From assembly GCA_013239625.1 (NCBI GenBank), contig MU054338.1, forward strand, positions 3,309,371 through 3,373,370: 64,000 nucleotides of DNA, in the 5' to 3' direction. Origin of the DNA: Lama guanicoe. Taxonomy: Eukaryota. The notes under the pieces were generated by a model. It saw only the letters and a list, made by a program, of their open reading frames with translations. It was not told where the DNA came from and searched no databases. A program made the translations under genes and the position numbers. This document shows positions 39,017 to 52,512 of the stretch, piece by piece (position 1 is the first letter of the stretch; every line of letters begins with the position of its first letter).

Positions 39017-41691
39017 CCCTACCACCCAGATTAGTTCCACCAGTTAGAACCACCAGCTCGAGAAAAACAACGCAGTAGAAAAAAGTGGGCAGAAGAGGGT
39101 CTACAGCAGCTGACAGAGATCACCGTGCAGGGGTGTGGGTGGGTCCACGGAGGACGCCGTGCTCACCAAGCAGACCTCCCTGCCTTGGTCCACAGCCACG
39201 AGGGAGCCTGTGACATAGGAGGCAGCCAGCACGCCAGTGGGGTCATTTCTTTTCAGCCATGCAGTTGGGAAAGGGGTTTTTGGAACTGGGAAACCCCTTT
39301 GTGCGCCGCTGGGGGGACCTCACAGGGGCAGCTCCCAGAGGGCGTCTGCTGTCATTGGGCCCTGTGCATCTCCGTTCATCTGTGGTCCGGCCTTCACAAA
39401 GGTAGTCACCACGTTGTTGGCTTTAACAGTGGAAAACTTATACTTGAGACCAGCGGGAGGGGGGTTAGGTGAGCTGTGGAATATTATGCAGCCCCCAAAA
39501 TGGGCTCACTGTTTATTGGCATGGAAAGATGGGCATGGCATTTTGAGTAGAAAACTAGATTTTGGGTCATGAATATGTAATCTCACTGCGTGTCTCTGTG
39601 TGTGTGTGTTGGGGGATTTGCCCAAATGTTGGCCAATGTTACCCCTGTAGGGTGCAATTTGGGATGCTTTAAAAACATACTCTGACTTGATACGTTTCTA
39701 CTTTTACAACTTTGCTTCTACGCCCAGCGTAGCTTTGGAGGGTGTGCAGCCTTGGCCCTCCCGGGGCTTCCTCTGTGAGCCCCGCAGCCCCGGAGGGGAA
39801 GCTTTGCCTGTTGCTGTCTATGTCGCCAGTGGTAGTTCTGTGGGCTTCTTTTTAAAATAGGAATTAACCAAACAGGCTGAAACTGTGAGGACCTCTTGGC
39901 AAGGCCAGCCTTTGGGCTCCCAGCTGGCTTGCTGCTTTTTCTGCCGAGAGGCGGGCCTGGAGGCAGGGCCAGGAGCAGAGGTCGCACAGAGACCTGGCCC
40001 ACTGAGCACTGCTGAGCACCTACTGTTTGCTTAGGAGGGGCCGTGGCTGGCCGGGAGAGGGTGGGAGTGCAGAGCTGGTGGGCCTGGGAGGCCTACAGGC
40101 CTGAGGTCAGAGCGGGCAGCAGGTGTGTCCCCTGCCAGCCACACATTGTCAGGCCTGCCTCTGGTCACGCACGTGCTGCTGTTTTCTTTTGAGCAGTCCC
40201 TCTCCTCAGCAGTGGCATTCTTCCTCTACCCTACCCCCCAAGTCAGGCTTCCCCCTCTACCCTGTTTCTGTCTCTCTCTCCAGCTTTACTGATGGTACTT
40301 ACTTGCATCAAACTCTGGGCCTCGTGACCTTGTGGGGACCAGAGAGAGGTAAAGTGCTCCCACTAGGGGTTCCAGGAGACGCCCTCCCTGCCCCAAATGT
40401 TTCCCAGGCTGGTGGCTTCCTCCAGGTGGGTGTCTGTGGGGGCTGGGGCTGCGGGGGAGGGGGCCTCCAGAGGCTTGTGCTCCGTTTCCAAGAACAGAAT
40501 TCCCTAGACGTGCGCTCAGCCAGGCGGCTTTGTAGTGGAATTACTAACCAGGGAGATCAAAGGGATGCGCCAGCTTCGCTGGAGAAAATAAAGTGTGCAC
40601 GCACCAGCCTTTTTGGGCCTGAGCTCGAATGAGTCCTACAAGGCTGCACGCCACGTTGGATTAGCTCGTGTGGCCCTCCTGCTCCCGCGGTGGGTGGCAC
40701 CGGGAGGAGCTGACAAGGGCCTCTTTCCTCCATGAAGGGTGCGTTGGCGTCCCACCGCCCTGCAAGGCGCAGGAGTTAACTGCGGATTAAACAGAGCAAG
40801 AGAGATTTAGAACCCAGTTTGAACTGCTGGGAGCCCGCGCACTTGGCTGGTTTTCCGCCAGCTGTCTGGGCTGCTGCCCGCAGGCACTCAGCCTCTGAGA
40901 AGGTTGGCTTCTCCGGGGGCACCAAGCAAGGAGGCTCGGGCTGAGCTCGGGAGTGGGGAGAGGCCGTCTTCTGGTGCACCGCCTCCAGGGGCGGCCCCCA
41001 TGTGCCGCTACTCCCGCATCCAGGGTGGGGACCTCTCCTGAACTGCCCCCCAGCCTGGGCTACCTCGAGCTTTGCTGCTGTGAAATGTGAACCAAATTGT
41101 TTCCACTGCCTCCGGGAACTGTGTGTTCTGTTTACTCTGGCCATTGATCTAGAGCCTGAGCGGAAGGTGACAGAAGGTGGGGTGAGGGTAGAGGCAGCGG
41201 AGGAGGACCCGGCATAGAGCATCCCCTACCCTCCACCTGGCTTCCCTGGTCCTCTTGCATCCAAGGTGCCGGCCGAGCCTGTGCACTGCCGTGCCTCCCT
41301 GGCTCTCTGATTTATGGTGCTGGTGGTGGTGGCAGGTGTGCGAGGTTTGCAGTCAATTGCTGTATAAAATATGCTTTCCCCTTGCGCCTCCCCCAGAGCT
41401 TCCTGTCATTCTGGACCCGGCAGCGGCCTTAAGCCCGTTCCTGCGTGGAAGGGAGCTTAGAGTGTCATAATGCACGCAGTAGTGGGGGGGGGCAGAGCCC
41501 AGAGCACGGGTGACCGGGCCAGCCTTAGGGCCGTCGCTCTGCCTTCCTGTATTCTGGAGCGACCGTCTAGAACAGGTGCGATCCTATCTGCAAAGACGGA
41601 TCCCAGCAGGGTCTCCTTGTGGCACTGGGACGCTGGGCAGCCCGGGCGCGTGGGGGTGGAGCAGTACCCCTGCCCCCACCAGTGCTGACAG

Positions 41692-41708
41692 CCCCCCCCC
41701 CCCCCCCC
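41692..41708. repeat. Poly(C)17
   Basis: Directly visible. Confidence 0.9.
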
Positions 41709-42766
41709 GGCAGACGTGGCCCAGCGCCCCCGGGGCAGGTCCCAGAGAGCCTGGTCTGGAGGGTGGGTGGCAGGCAGTTCCTAGCCTTCTTTTCCGTTGT
41801 CGCCAAGGACACTTCCACACTGTTTCCCTAACTGCCTGGCCGTGGGATTCTGACGCAGTGGATATGCCAGGAGTCTCCTCGCCTGTTCTCCTATTCCCTC
41901 GCTTCACAGGCAAGAGTGAGGCTTTCTTGCCTTAAGAAGGAGTCTTCACCCCCTTGGGGGCAGCGTTGCCCCAGTGAGAAGGGCCTGAAGACGGGTCTAA
42001 GGGAGCGACCTTGGAGGCAGAGAGGGGCGCCTCCACCAGCTCAGACACATGTTTCGTGGGTGGATGGGACTTGATGCGACTTGAGTGCTTGGTGGCCCCT
42101 CCGCTCCCTGCTGCTGAGGCTGGGAGGGCGGGGGCGGGGGTGCATGTGGCCCAAGGCCCTCCAATACAGCTTTGTGCGTTAGTTAAGCTTTCCGTTGTCT
42201 TCTGGGGGAACCGTTGCAAAGCATCGTGAGTGTCGTCGCAGCCCCCTCGCCTCAGTGACACGCCAGCCTGTCGAGTCTTCCGTGCTCCCCTCGCTTCTGT
42301 TAATTCCCTTCCCGGGGCTCTGAGTGCATCGTAAGAGCGCTGTGCCTGCTGCGGTTTCCCAAGAGCTGAGAGCCGACAGCTCAGCACCGCAGCTTCTGCT
42401 CCGCTCCTCGCCCTCACCAGGGCGCCTGCCGGTCTCCGAGGTGGGCGATGGTGGGCCTCCCAACCTCCTGTCAAAGCCAAGCCCTTCTCTCTTGGCTTCC
42501 TTCCGCTCTGGTCCCTGAGCCTCGGTAACAGGCAGCTGTGTTTAGGCCTGCCGCCCAGATGGTGGGCTCTAGAAATACACACGTGTGCCCGCACCGGAGC
42601 CTCTCCCACGTGGGGTGCTGCCCTCTCGTCACGGTCTGCCGCTCCTGCCGGCCACGCAGCTCTGGGAGAAGGTGCTGGCCGCTGGGGGCTCGCTTGCACT
42701 GACGGGCCTGCTGTCCCTTGTCCTTGGGGCTTTCTTTGCTGCTTTTCCTGGTAGAACTGGGTAGAT

Positions 42767-42957
42767 TAGCGTTTCTCCCCCTCGGCACTGTAGACACAGG
42801 CTGAACCATCTCTGCAGGGCTATCCTGGGTGCTGTGGGGTGTGGAGTAGCCTCCCTGGCCCTACCCACTTGATGCCAGGAGCCTCCTGGTGTGACAACCA
42901 CAGATGTCCACACACTGCCAGCGTCCCTGGCGGATCCCCCGGAGTGAGAGCCCTGGG
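42767..42957. mobile_element. MER20 remnant
   Basis: ctcggcactgtagaca...gtagcctccctggccctacccacttgatgccag...gtgtgacaaccacagatgtcc. Confidence 0.75.
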
Positions 42958-44159
42958 CTAGCGGGGTTCCTCGACGGGACGCTCATGCTGCCAGCGTCTC
43001 CAGCCCGTGCCATCCGGTGACACTGCCTGCAGGTTCCCTCTGGATGAAAGAGTGGCCTGGGTCAGGGACTTCACGGGCAGAGTAGAATCTGGGCTTTTCT
43101 GCTGTCCTGCTGTGGATGGAATTTGCTTCCTGGTCACGGTAAACGCTGTGCGGCATCGCGTGGTGAGCTTTTTACAGAGGTCAGGCGGGCTTGCGCCCCT
43201 CAAGGTGATGGTGACGGAGCCTGGAGAATGGCGGGGACAGGGTGAGACTGAATCCTGGTCAGCAGGAGGGGCTGGTGTGGGGACTTCAGACAGAGCGCTC
43301 AGGGGCCGTGGGAGGTGCCCTAGGGAAGCGCCTGGCACAGAGCGCCTGGGTTTCTTTTTACCCGCAAAAAGCGGGGTGGGAGGGCCCCGTCGCAGCAGGC
43401 AGAAGGACCGGTTAGGCTGCCCGGCTACAGCTAGGTCCCCTGGCCAGAGCGAGAGAGGAGGAAGACCAGCAGGTCCTGGTGGACCCAGGCCATGCACACT
43501 CAGATCCCGGAGAGACTGACAGTGACACAGAGGTGGGCCTTCCTTTATGTAGAGACAGAAAGAGGTGACGATGGAGCCCTGGCTGGGGCAGGGCACAGAG
43601 AGGGGCGGCACTGTGCAGGTCGAGGGCCTGTGACCTTGCCAACCGGCAAGAGGGTGGGAAGGATGGGAAGCAGCCCCCCCCTCAGCCAAGGACTGAGGGA
43701 GCCCTGGGAGCCCTGCACCTAATTGTTTTGTTTACGAAGTGCTTCCGAGGGCTTCCAGTGGATTTCCTAATGAACTGGTTTGTTATCGCATCCGGCTGCA
43801 GCACTGGTAATTACATCAGAAACAGGGGGCCAGCATCTGTGAGCCGTCACCAGCAGACGCGGGCCCCCTGGCGGGGTCTCTGCCCCAGTCTCTGGGTGTT
43901 TAACGTTTTGAGGGCTGAAGTGCCCCCAGCCCCAGGATTCTTCCCGAGGAAGCATGTATTGGCCTTTGCTTAGCTGCAGTCATCCTGCAAGTTGCTGGGA
44001 GATGCAGAATGAGCCAGCAAGGTGTAGTGGAGGACACAGATGAGGGACAGGAGGCTGGGGAGCTCTCCAACCCTGGAAGACCTGGAAGGCACACAAGGTG
44101 GGCCAGGCAGCTTTGGCCAGCCGGGGCTTCTTGGAGAAGGTGGGGGTTCAGGACCCTGG

Positions 44160-44585
44160 TGTATTCGGGCCACAAAATGCCATCAACAGGGGAGGACAGC
44201 TGAAGGCAATAGGAAAGTATCCCTGCCCTGTCCTGGAGGCCACAAGTCTGAGATGATGGTGTGGCAGGGCTGCGCTCCTTCCGAGGCTGCAGGGGAGGGT
44301 CCCACCTGCCTCTTCCCGCTTCTGGCATGGCCAGTAGTCCTTGGTGTCCCTGGTGTGTAGACATGCTACTGCAGTCCCTGTCTGTCTTCGTGTGGCTCTG
44401 TCCCCCATGTCTGTGTCCCACTTTCCCTCTTCTAATAAGGACACCAGTCATTGGATTTAGAACCCACCCTTCTGCCGTGCGACCTCTCCTTAATCAACTA
44501 CATCTGCAAAGACCCTGTTTCCAAATAAGGTCCCGTTCTGAGGTCCCTGGCAGACATGAATCTGGGGGACACGTCCACCCCGTCC
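44160..44585 (-). mobile_element. MLT1 solo LTR
   Basis: ctggaggccacaagtctgagat, taaggacaccagtcattggatttag, acatctgcaaagaccctgtttccaaataaggtc. Confidence 0.85.
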
Positions 44586-44814
44586 CCTGGGGAAGCACTG
44601 GAGCAGGAGTGTTAGGCCACGTGGAGGAGCAGAAAGTGCAAAGTCCCCTGGGTTAGGGGGTGGAGCAGAGGGACAGTTTAGTGTAGGTTTTAGGCGAGGT
44701 GCCTGCGGGGCTGGGAGTAGAAGGGGTTTGGGGGCGCTGGGGCAGAGGGGCCGGACATCTGGACACATGGCAGGCCGGTTAGCACGCAGATACAGGAGGG
44801 AGGATGGTGCCTGG

Positions 44815-45005
44815 CCTCACTGTCCGGCACGAAGCCAGTGGCCCCCACCACCCTTTAACTGTAAGTTAATTAAAATGAAGTAATTACGTATTGTGTGCCT
44901 CCATCACACCAGCCAGTGCTAGTTAATAGCCACTTGGGCCAGTGGTGATCTTGGGGACGTAGGACATTTCCGCCATCCTGGAGAGGTCCCCTGCGGAGAT
45001 GCCTC
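44815..45005. mobile_element. MER3/MER33-like hAT remnant
   Basis: aatagccacttgggccagtgg...gacatttccgccatc resembles MER3. Confidence 0.5.
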
Positions 45006-47639
45006 TGGCAGCGAACGTTCATGGTTCTGCAGCTCGGGAGGCTCGGCCACAGTGAGCTGTGGGCTGGAAGGCAGGCCCGCTGCTGGCCTGACCTCCTCAC
45101 ATGGGGTCTGTGCTCCAAGGGCACCTGGGCCCCCATCACCCCGTACCTGCAGGGCAGGCACCAGCTGCTGGCCGGGTCCGCACAGGGCCCTATGGGCTTG
45201 GCCCTGGCCCCTGACTGAGGGTGCTGCGGCCTTGCAGACCACAGAGCAGGGTGGGCCCTGTGGCAGGTGCTAATGGGCGTGATTGCTGTGAACCACATTT
45301 AATAATTTCCCCTTAGACTGTTTGCTGTGCCTCCTGCCTCCCACATCGCTGTCTGACACAAGCAAACACTGACGTCTGTTCGGTCTTTTGGGGAGAGAGG
45401 TGGCCTCCGATGAGAGCTCAGTACTGTCTAAGTCAGAGACACTCGGCACCAGCTGCCTGCGCGTGCTGCACGGCCCGGGGCAGACCTCTGCCTGCGGGTC
45501 AGAGCGCAGCCCGCAGGAGGGAGCGCGCCTGCTCCTGGCGTTGCCCTTGGTCCCGTGTCGCTGTGACGCTTCCACCCTCGCTGGGGCGACCAGCCATCAG
45601 TGCCCTGTGCCTCAGTGCTGCGCACGGCACAGCTCAGATCAAAGGACGAGGGGCCCACTGGGCGTGGCAGAGCCCTGCGGGGATGTGACTTGGGCACTCA
45701 CAGGATGCTGCGGGCCCTGCTCAGCCTGGACCAGGACTTTTTGACCCGAGGACCCCTAGGGGGCTGAGTGCCCCCAACAGATGTGCTATAGCGTGTGCTT
45801 TTCCCTGGAAGTCCGATCCTAGCGGGGCCTCCTGACGTACAGCCGCTGGCCCCAGGTGGAAGGGGGCAGTGTGGGCTCCCTTTCAGGCTGGGTGGAGTGG
45901 TCCAGCGAGCTTTTTTTAGCCCGACTTCCAGCTGCACAGAGTGGTCCCACCATCCATGGGGTATCTGGGGGTGCCTGGGGGGTGCCAGCTTCGTGCTTCT
46001 GCTGTAGTCCCAGACCTCAGTTCTCCATCTCTGTGAAATGGGGCATTTCTGTCCCCCATGGGTGACGGAGTGATGCCATCACCGCGGGTGAAATGCCTCT
46101 GCCTTCCACAGTTGCTCGTGTTGCTGAGAGGCCGAGGGAAGCCAGAGCCGTATTTAAATATCCCCTGCAGGGAGGGCCGAAGGGAGACTCAGGGGTTCTC
46201 TTAGAATCAGTAACTTCAAGACTGTGGACTCAACACCCGTGGTGTAAAGAAAGCAGAATGAAAAAGAAAAAGCAGGTCACATCCATCAGGAAACGTGGAG
46301 ACAGTTGCTGTGAGCGGAGTCAGCTGAGGGAAGTGAAGTTGGTAGTACCCGACGCTAGGATTATATTAATGTAGTTCGCATGGGTTCTTACGCGTGTAGC
46401 AGGAGATGGGGGACAAGCTGAGCAGCCGCCCGCGCGACGGGCCGTCCGGGCGGGCCCTGGAACGCTGCGCACCCGCCAGGAGGACGCGGGGCTCCTCAGC
46501 TCTCCGTCCCCGAGGAAAAGGCCGGTGTCATCGGTGACTGCAGAGTGTCTTCTCTAGAAAGGAGAGGACGTCTGTTTCATCTGTTTCGTGTGCTGGAATG
46601 CAGAGTATGCCCGGAAGGAGGCTGGGAAAAGTGGGAACAGCGGGTGCCTGGCGGAGGCCGGTGGGGGCGCGGAGGGCGCACTGAGAAGCTGCCTGCTGCG
46701 CCCTTGTCCTCTGGACACCTGCACCCTGTGAAGTGCTGGCTGTTCCCACAGCCTGTCCTGAGCTCTGCCTCTGTGCAGCTCGGGGCTCTCCAGGCAGGGG
46801 GCTGAACAGCTGCTGGGAGATGGGAGCCCCCACTCTCCTCTGGTGAGGCTCCACCTGGACCCTGGGGGTCCCCAGGTTCTCTAGATCCCAGGCATTTGGG
46901 GGCCCAGGTGTCAGTTTGGAGGCTGTTTGTCACTTTGCTCCCCATAGACTGCCCCCCAGCCTGAAACACATAACACCCCACAGTGGCTTCCAGGGGGCGG
47001 GGGGTCTTGTCTGAAGTCTAGCCCAGGAAGACCTGCCGAGCGAGGCCTCCTCGGGGTCACCAGGAACGGGTGGCTGGGGGTGTGACGGGGTGAGGGAGTG
47101 CTCCTTTCATGGCTGCGGGGGGCTCAGCATGGTGGGGGCACCGTTTTCCCTTTGTGATAAGCTGGTAAAGGAAGGTCTGGCTTCCAACAGCTTTCATTTT
47201 ATTGTTCAGTACACTTTCTAAAAGCGCCCCATTTTACATGGGATACTTAGGGTTTGTAAAGCATAGGTTTTTAGATGTTGAGAACGGAGTGACAGGCTGG
47301 GGAATCAGACACAGAGAACAGTCTGATGCCTTTCAGTGTCCAGATGAGTGCGGGGAGGGGGCCAGAGAAATAGGAGGGGGGTCTTGTCCTAGGATAGGGA
47401 CCCTCCAGTGCTGGGCGCTTTGCTTGCTTTATCACATGTAAAACCCTGGTGGCGTGAGGCTGGTCCCCTTCCCCTAGAAAGGTGTGTTGCAGTGACTCCC
47501 TCCTGTCCTGCCCTACCCCTGCCTAAGTGGGCAGGACATTGCCAGCCTCCCAAGGATATTCAGCCAGTGCTTGCAGAGGGTCCCCAGATCCAGTGGGACC
47601 CCTCCTGGGATGCGGTGAGGGGATGGGGGGTGCTGGCTT

Positions 47640-48000
47640 ATCTTCCTCCTAGAAGCTTCTTGCATTTTCTTTGTGTCCTGAACCTTCCTTATTATGTACT
47701 CGGTGTGAGTCTGACTTTAGCCGCCTGACCCTCCTTTCAGTCTGGAAACTAACAGTTCCAGGAAGTTTCCTTTAATTACTTCACTGATGACTTTGCCCTC
47801 AGTCTGCTCTCTGTTTCAGACTTCTGCCATCCAGGTGGATTCTCAGGTCTTGTGATCTAGTTTCTCTTTCCCCTACTGTTTTCTATGTCATTTTATTTTT
47901 TTCAATCTATTTCCTAAGGGAGTTCCTTGACTTCCTCACTCAAACTTTCTATCAGTGCTTTCCTTGTTGCTTTTAATTTCTGCCCCTTTTTTGTCTCTGA
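47640..48000 (-). mobile_element. HAL1/L1M ORF1-region remnant
   Basis: T-rich tract with ctttcagtctggaaact...ggaagtttcctttaattacttc...caaactttctat. Confidence 0.5.
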
Positions 48001-48665
48001 GCTGCGTGCAGAACGTCACTGCTGGGGCTACAGCACGTCGGGACTGACTCAGTAAGAAAAGGGGCCCCCCTCGCACACTCACCGCCACCAAAAATGGAGG
48101 TAAAACCTGCCTCCAGGGCTGCCTGGTTTTCATCTTCTGTCAAAGGTCCTGGCGAGGTGACTGAGGGTCTGCCCCTTTCATTCCTTAGGGGCTGTTCCAG
48201 GAGCCTTGAGTCCTGTGCTCCTCCACTGATGAGCATCTGAGGTCATTAAAACCGAACGCCTAGGGCAGCCCCAGGCAGAGCATTTGAGATCCGGGGCTTG
48301 GGATTAGGAGCTGGCGCCCTTGCTAAGAAGGAAATCTGTGCCTTCCGGACAGCATGAGGCCATTCCGTTGGGCCCTCTGGTCCCCTCTGAGCTGGGGTCC
48401 GGGCCTGGCTGTGGGTGTGTGCAGCTGGCCCAGGCCCCCCGAGGTCCCGATGGGCTCCAGGGAATGCGTTCCTCTGAGAGTGGCCGGCAGGGGCTGCAGG
48501 TGTGGAGGGCAGGTGGCCCAAAGGAGGTGCAGCCTGAGGCCAGGCCAGGGTTAGGTGCTTCCTGGCACCTGGTGAGAGTCGGATTCAGGTCGCAGGTGGT
48601 GGGGAGTGTGCGGCTCGCTACACTCAGGAATAAACGGGACTGCAGGGCGTTTCCACGCAGACAGC

Positions 48666-48977
48666 TGTCTTTGTCAGCTCAGCTGCTGCATCAAAGCACC
48701 AGAGTCGTTTATTTCTCACACTTTTGGAAGCCGGGAGCCTCAGATCAGGCTGCAGCTGGGGCTGGGTTCCTGGTGAGGACTCTAGTCCTGGTAGATGACT
48801 GCCAGCTTCCTGCTGTGTCCTCATGTGGGGGTGGGGACAGGCCTTTCTCTTGTTACAAAGATGCTAGGCCTGTAGGATTAGGGCCCATCCTTATGACCTC
48901 ATTTAACCTCCATTACCTTCCAGTTCCTTCTCTGCAGTAGATACGGACACGTTGGGGGTCAGGGCTTCAAGATATCT
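48666..48977 (-). mobile_element. MLT1A-like solo LTR
   Basis: tttatttctcaca, ctggtgaggactct, cttatgacctcatttaacct, ttgggggtcagggcttcaa. Confidence 0.8.
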
Positions 48978-49003
48978 TGTAGAAACGATTCTGTGACTTA
49001 AGT

Positions 49004-49205
49004 CAAGGTTTGGCAGATTTTCTGTAAAGGATGCGTTAGTGGATGTTTGCAGAGATGTGGGCTGTCCAGTCTCCCAGTGACTGCTCGGCTCCGCAGGAGC
49101 CGCACCAGGGCGGCCGTGGGCAGGGCTGGGTGCCGGTAAAACTTTATTTACGAAAACAGGTGGTGAGCCTTACTGGGCCCAGGTCCCGCAGTCTGCTCCC
49201 CTCCC
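49004..49205. mobile_element. MER58A (hAT-Charlie)
   Basis: ttggcagattttctgtaaagg...taaaactttatttacgaaaacagg. Confidence 0.75.
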
Positions 49206-51840
49206 CCGCCCAACCAGCGCAAACGATGCAGTTGCTCAGTAAAGAGATGTAGAAAAACAGACACTGCGAAAGTTGTTTGATCCTCTTCCCCAGTTGGTGT
49301 TTGATGAATGTCCTTGGCTTTTTCTGAAGATTTTTCCTTGTAACTGGGCTTTGCGTGTGCTCGACTGCGCACTTTGTGTTCCTTCCGACAACGCAGCCAT
49401 CCCAAGCGCAGTGCTGTGGTTTCAGCAGCTGATGCTCAGGACTGAGGCTCACCAGCCCGGCGCGGCGCCCTTGGGCGTCTCTGCCACCCCTCCCGTCCAT
49501 GCAGGTCATTGAACAGTGCGGTGAGAGTTTTCCTGATGCCTGTGTGTGCGTGTGGCGTGTGCGTTTCTCTCCCTGTGATGAAGCAGAGGCGGACTTTGTC
49601 TGGGTTCTTCACGGGGAAGATCCCTGGGAGGGGAAGGAAGGGGCCTCGCTAGCAACATCGGGGGCTGTGGGGCTGGGCGGTGGTGGCCGAGCCGACCTGT
49701 CCTTCCTCCTCTGGGGGGCTGCAGGGGCAGAGCTGTCACATCTCCTCCCCTCCCGCTGTCACTTTAAACAGCACTGTTCCTCTCGCGTTCTGCTGCTTAA
49801 TTAACTTGGCACAGCAGCTCCATCAAGAGCTCTTTGAAGCGCACTTTGCAGGGCTGTCAGGCCTCTCCTGAATGGGAGGCTCCTCAGGGAGCCGGTTCTG
49901 CTCTGAGTGTGTTGGGGGTGGGGGTGCCTAGAGGGGTCCCACCCTCTGTTCGCATCACCAGGGAGGCCACAGATCTGGGTCCAGGATCTTGGGGTAGGGG
50001 CAGGCAGATGGGGACCGATACCCCTCACTGGACAGGCCTACCCAGTGGACGGGAGGCCGACCCCCAGGCAGGCAGGTAGGCCCGGGTGGAGACCCACAGA
50101 TAACGCAGCCTGTCTCAAAACAGACCATCTATGGAGGCTGGCAGTGGGACCCAGACCACGCACAGTGTTTCTTGCCCCCCCCCCCACTGCCTCTTCTTTA
50201 CTCCTTCTCTGTCCTCAGATGGCCCCTCAGCACCAGTGGGGTCACCAGCTGCCCTGCCTCGGCTGATTTGAGTAGGACGCCCGGCGTCCTCATTAGCTAG
50301 TTGCTCTCAGAGCGGCAGCCCCATCCTACGCAGTCCTGGTGGCTGAGTCTTTAAGGTACAGAGGACCCTGGGGCATGCTCAGGCCTGCAGGGGGCCCTCA
50401 GCCCTCCTACTCGCTTTGAATCTGATTTCTCCATCAGAACTAATGGCCACCAGCTCCCCGGGAGAGCGCACTCCATCCCCGGCTTGGTGCCAATACTGCT
50501 GATGGGGCTGCGAAGCTGAGGAGCAGAATCTGTCCACTTTAGTGACGCCAGCAGGTCCTTAGGAAGGTCTGGGAGCCAGATCAGGGATGGGGGAGGCGGG
50601 GGGGCACGACGCCATCTATTGGGGGGAGGGGCTCAGTTCCTTCCCTGAGCACTGCGGGATGGCTGCCCTGATGGTTGTGCCCCAGGCCTCTGGCCTCCCG
50701 CCCTCCTGCCCTGAGCCCCCTTTCCAGGACGGCCCTGCAGCTCGGAGCCCCCATGCTTACTTGCAGGCCTGAAGTGAAATGGCTGTGCAGCCAGTTCCTC
50801 TGTGCGCGGCACCAAATCAGGGGGGCAGGAGGGTGAGGGTCCGTGGGGGTGTCCGGTCCGCTCAGCCCCGGGAAGTTGCTTTTAAGAAGCTGGAGCTTTT
50901 GGCTGGTCTTAGCAGATTCCTCTGCCAGACTATGAGCTGAAACATCTGTGCCACCCTAGCTCCGCTGCTCAGCCCTTGGGAGTGACTGTTACCGTGTCCT
51001 AAACCGGGGTCCATGCCTCCTCTCCCCCAGGACCTGCATTTACGGGACCTTGCCTCCTTCCCTATTTCCTCCCTGGTGCCCATGCTCCCCACACCTCTGT
51101 CTCCACCAGTGACGAACCCCACCACAGCCGCAACAGGCAAGGAGACGTAAGGGTGGCTGTTCCCAGCGCTTCGCCCTGGCTGGGCGAGGGATGTGGGCCG
51201 GCTCTGGACCCCAGGCGAGCCACCCCATGTCCCCTCCACGGTGCACACAGGTGCTTTTTGTAATTACTTAAGGAAAAGCAATTGCAAAGCCGCTCGATAC
51301 AAATCCCTTAAGCTGCTGGGGGTGGTGACGCCTGGGAGGCCACGGCTGGCCAGGAATCTGAAACACGGGTGCCATCTGTGCTCCTGCTGCTCCACAGCCA
51401 AGTTACATCGCCAGCCTTTCTCTCCTGCACAGTTTTTCATTAAATGAATTGAGTTTGCTGGGAATCGCTTGGCCATAAATATTCCCTCCTGCTTGGCGTG
51501 GTCAGGTTATTGCTGTCCCGTGTTGGGCTCCTGGATCTGGCCTGGGCGCAGGCAGGTTGGGGGCGCTGGGGCTGCAGGAAGTGTCGTGGGACCCGCCACC
51601 CATCCCCGGCAGCCTCAGATTCTGGGTCATAAATATCTCACTGTTGCCCCAGCCAACTGAGGGAAGTTGGGAAGGGCTAGTCAGGGCAAGGTGCATAATC
51701 ACTGCATTCAGTTAAGCCTTTTCTGTCCCTTTCCCTCACTTCCATTGAGACAGTGGCAGTGACGGAGACGAGGCGTGCATTTAAAAGGGAAGCGCTTTCA
51801 TAGTGTCCTTTGAAATTGTGTGGGATGAAAAATAAATACA

Positions 51841-51935
51841 GGCGGGTGGGTATAGTCAGTGGTAGAGCGCATGCTTAGCATGCTCAGGGTCCTGGGTTCA
51901 ATCCCCAGCACCTCCATTAAAAGAAAAAATTCACC
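51841..51935 (+). mobile_element. vic-1-like tRNA-derived SINE
   Basis: gggtatagtcagtggtagagcgcatgcttagcatgc...cctgggttcaatccccagcacctccattaaaa: A and B boxes, A-rich tail. Confidence 0.88.
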
Positions 51936-52302
51936 CCAAATTAAGTGCACATGCAGTTTTAAATACACACAGATACACAAACATATACGTACGAACATAA
52001 ACATACACACACGCACGCAGCCTGGGGGAAAAAAGCAGAGGCTTTTTAAGTCATGGTTTTGGGAACAGCGGTCTTCTAAGTCTGTTTATCTGACAGGCAG
52101 GCATTTGGAGTTAGAGGCAGGGGCCACGGTGCAGGTGTCCCTGAGCATCCCTGCCTAGGGAAGTGAGTGCAGCCCTCTGGGGGTCCCATGTCCTGTGTGC
52201 ACCCTCTCCCCAAGCCCCAACAGTGTCAGCCATGCCTGTGGAAGCTCCTCTCCCAAAGGGGTGCCCACTTCCAGCTGCTGCTTTATCCTCTCGAGTCTAG
52301 AC

Positions 52303-52512
52303 CAGGAGCTGGCAAACCCTGGCTGGTGTATGGGGTCCTCTGCCTTCTTTGTAAATAAAGTTTTATCAGCACTCACCCACGTCCATTTGTTTACAAACTG
52401 GTCTTTCTGCTTCCGAGTGACAACGGAGCCTAGAGGTTGTAACAGAGATAGGTGACCCACAGAGCTGAAAACATCTACTCTTTGGCCTTTTGTGGGCAGT
52501 TCGCCAGTCCTG
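52303..52512. mobile_element. MER58A, opposite orientation to the copy at 49004-49205
   Basis: TIRs CAGGAGCTGGCAAAC / GTTCGCCAGTCCTG; 8-bp TSD-like GTCTAGAC / CCCTAGAC; internal tttgtaaataaagttttat. Confidence 0.82.

Noticed and set aside
51841..51915. tRNA-like sequence with A and B boxes
   Set aside because: Has an A-rich tail and three diverged relatives in the window, so it is a SINE head rather than a tRNA gene.
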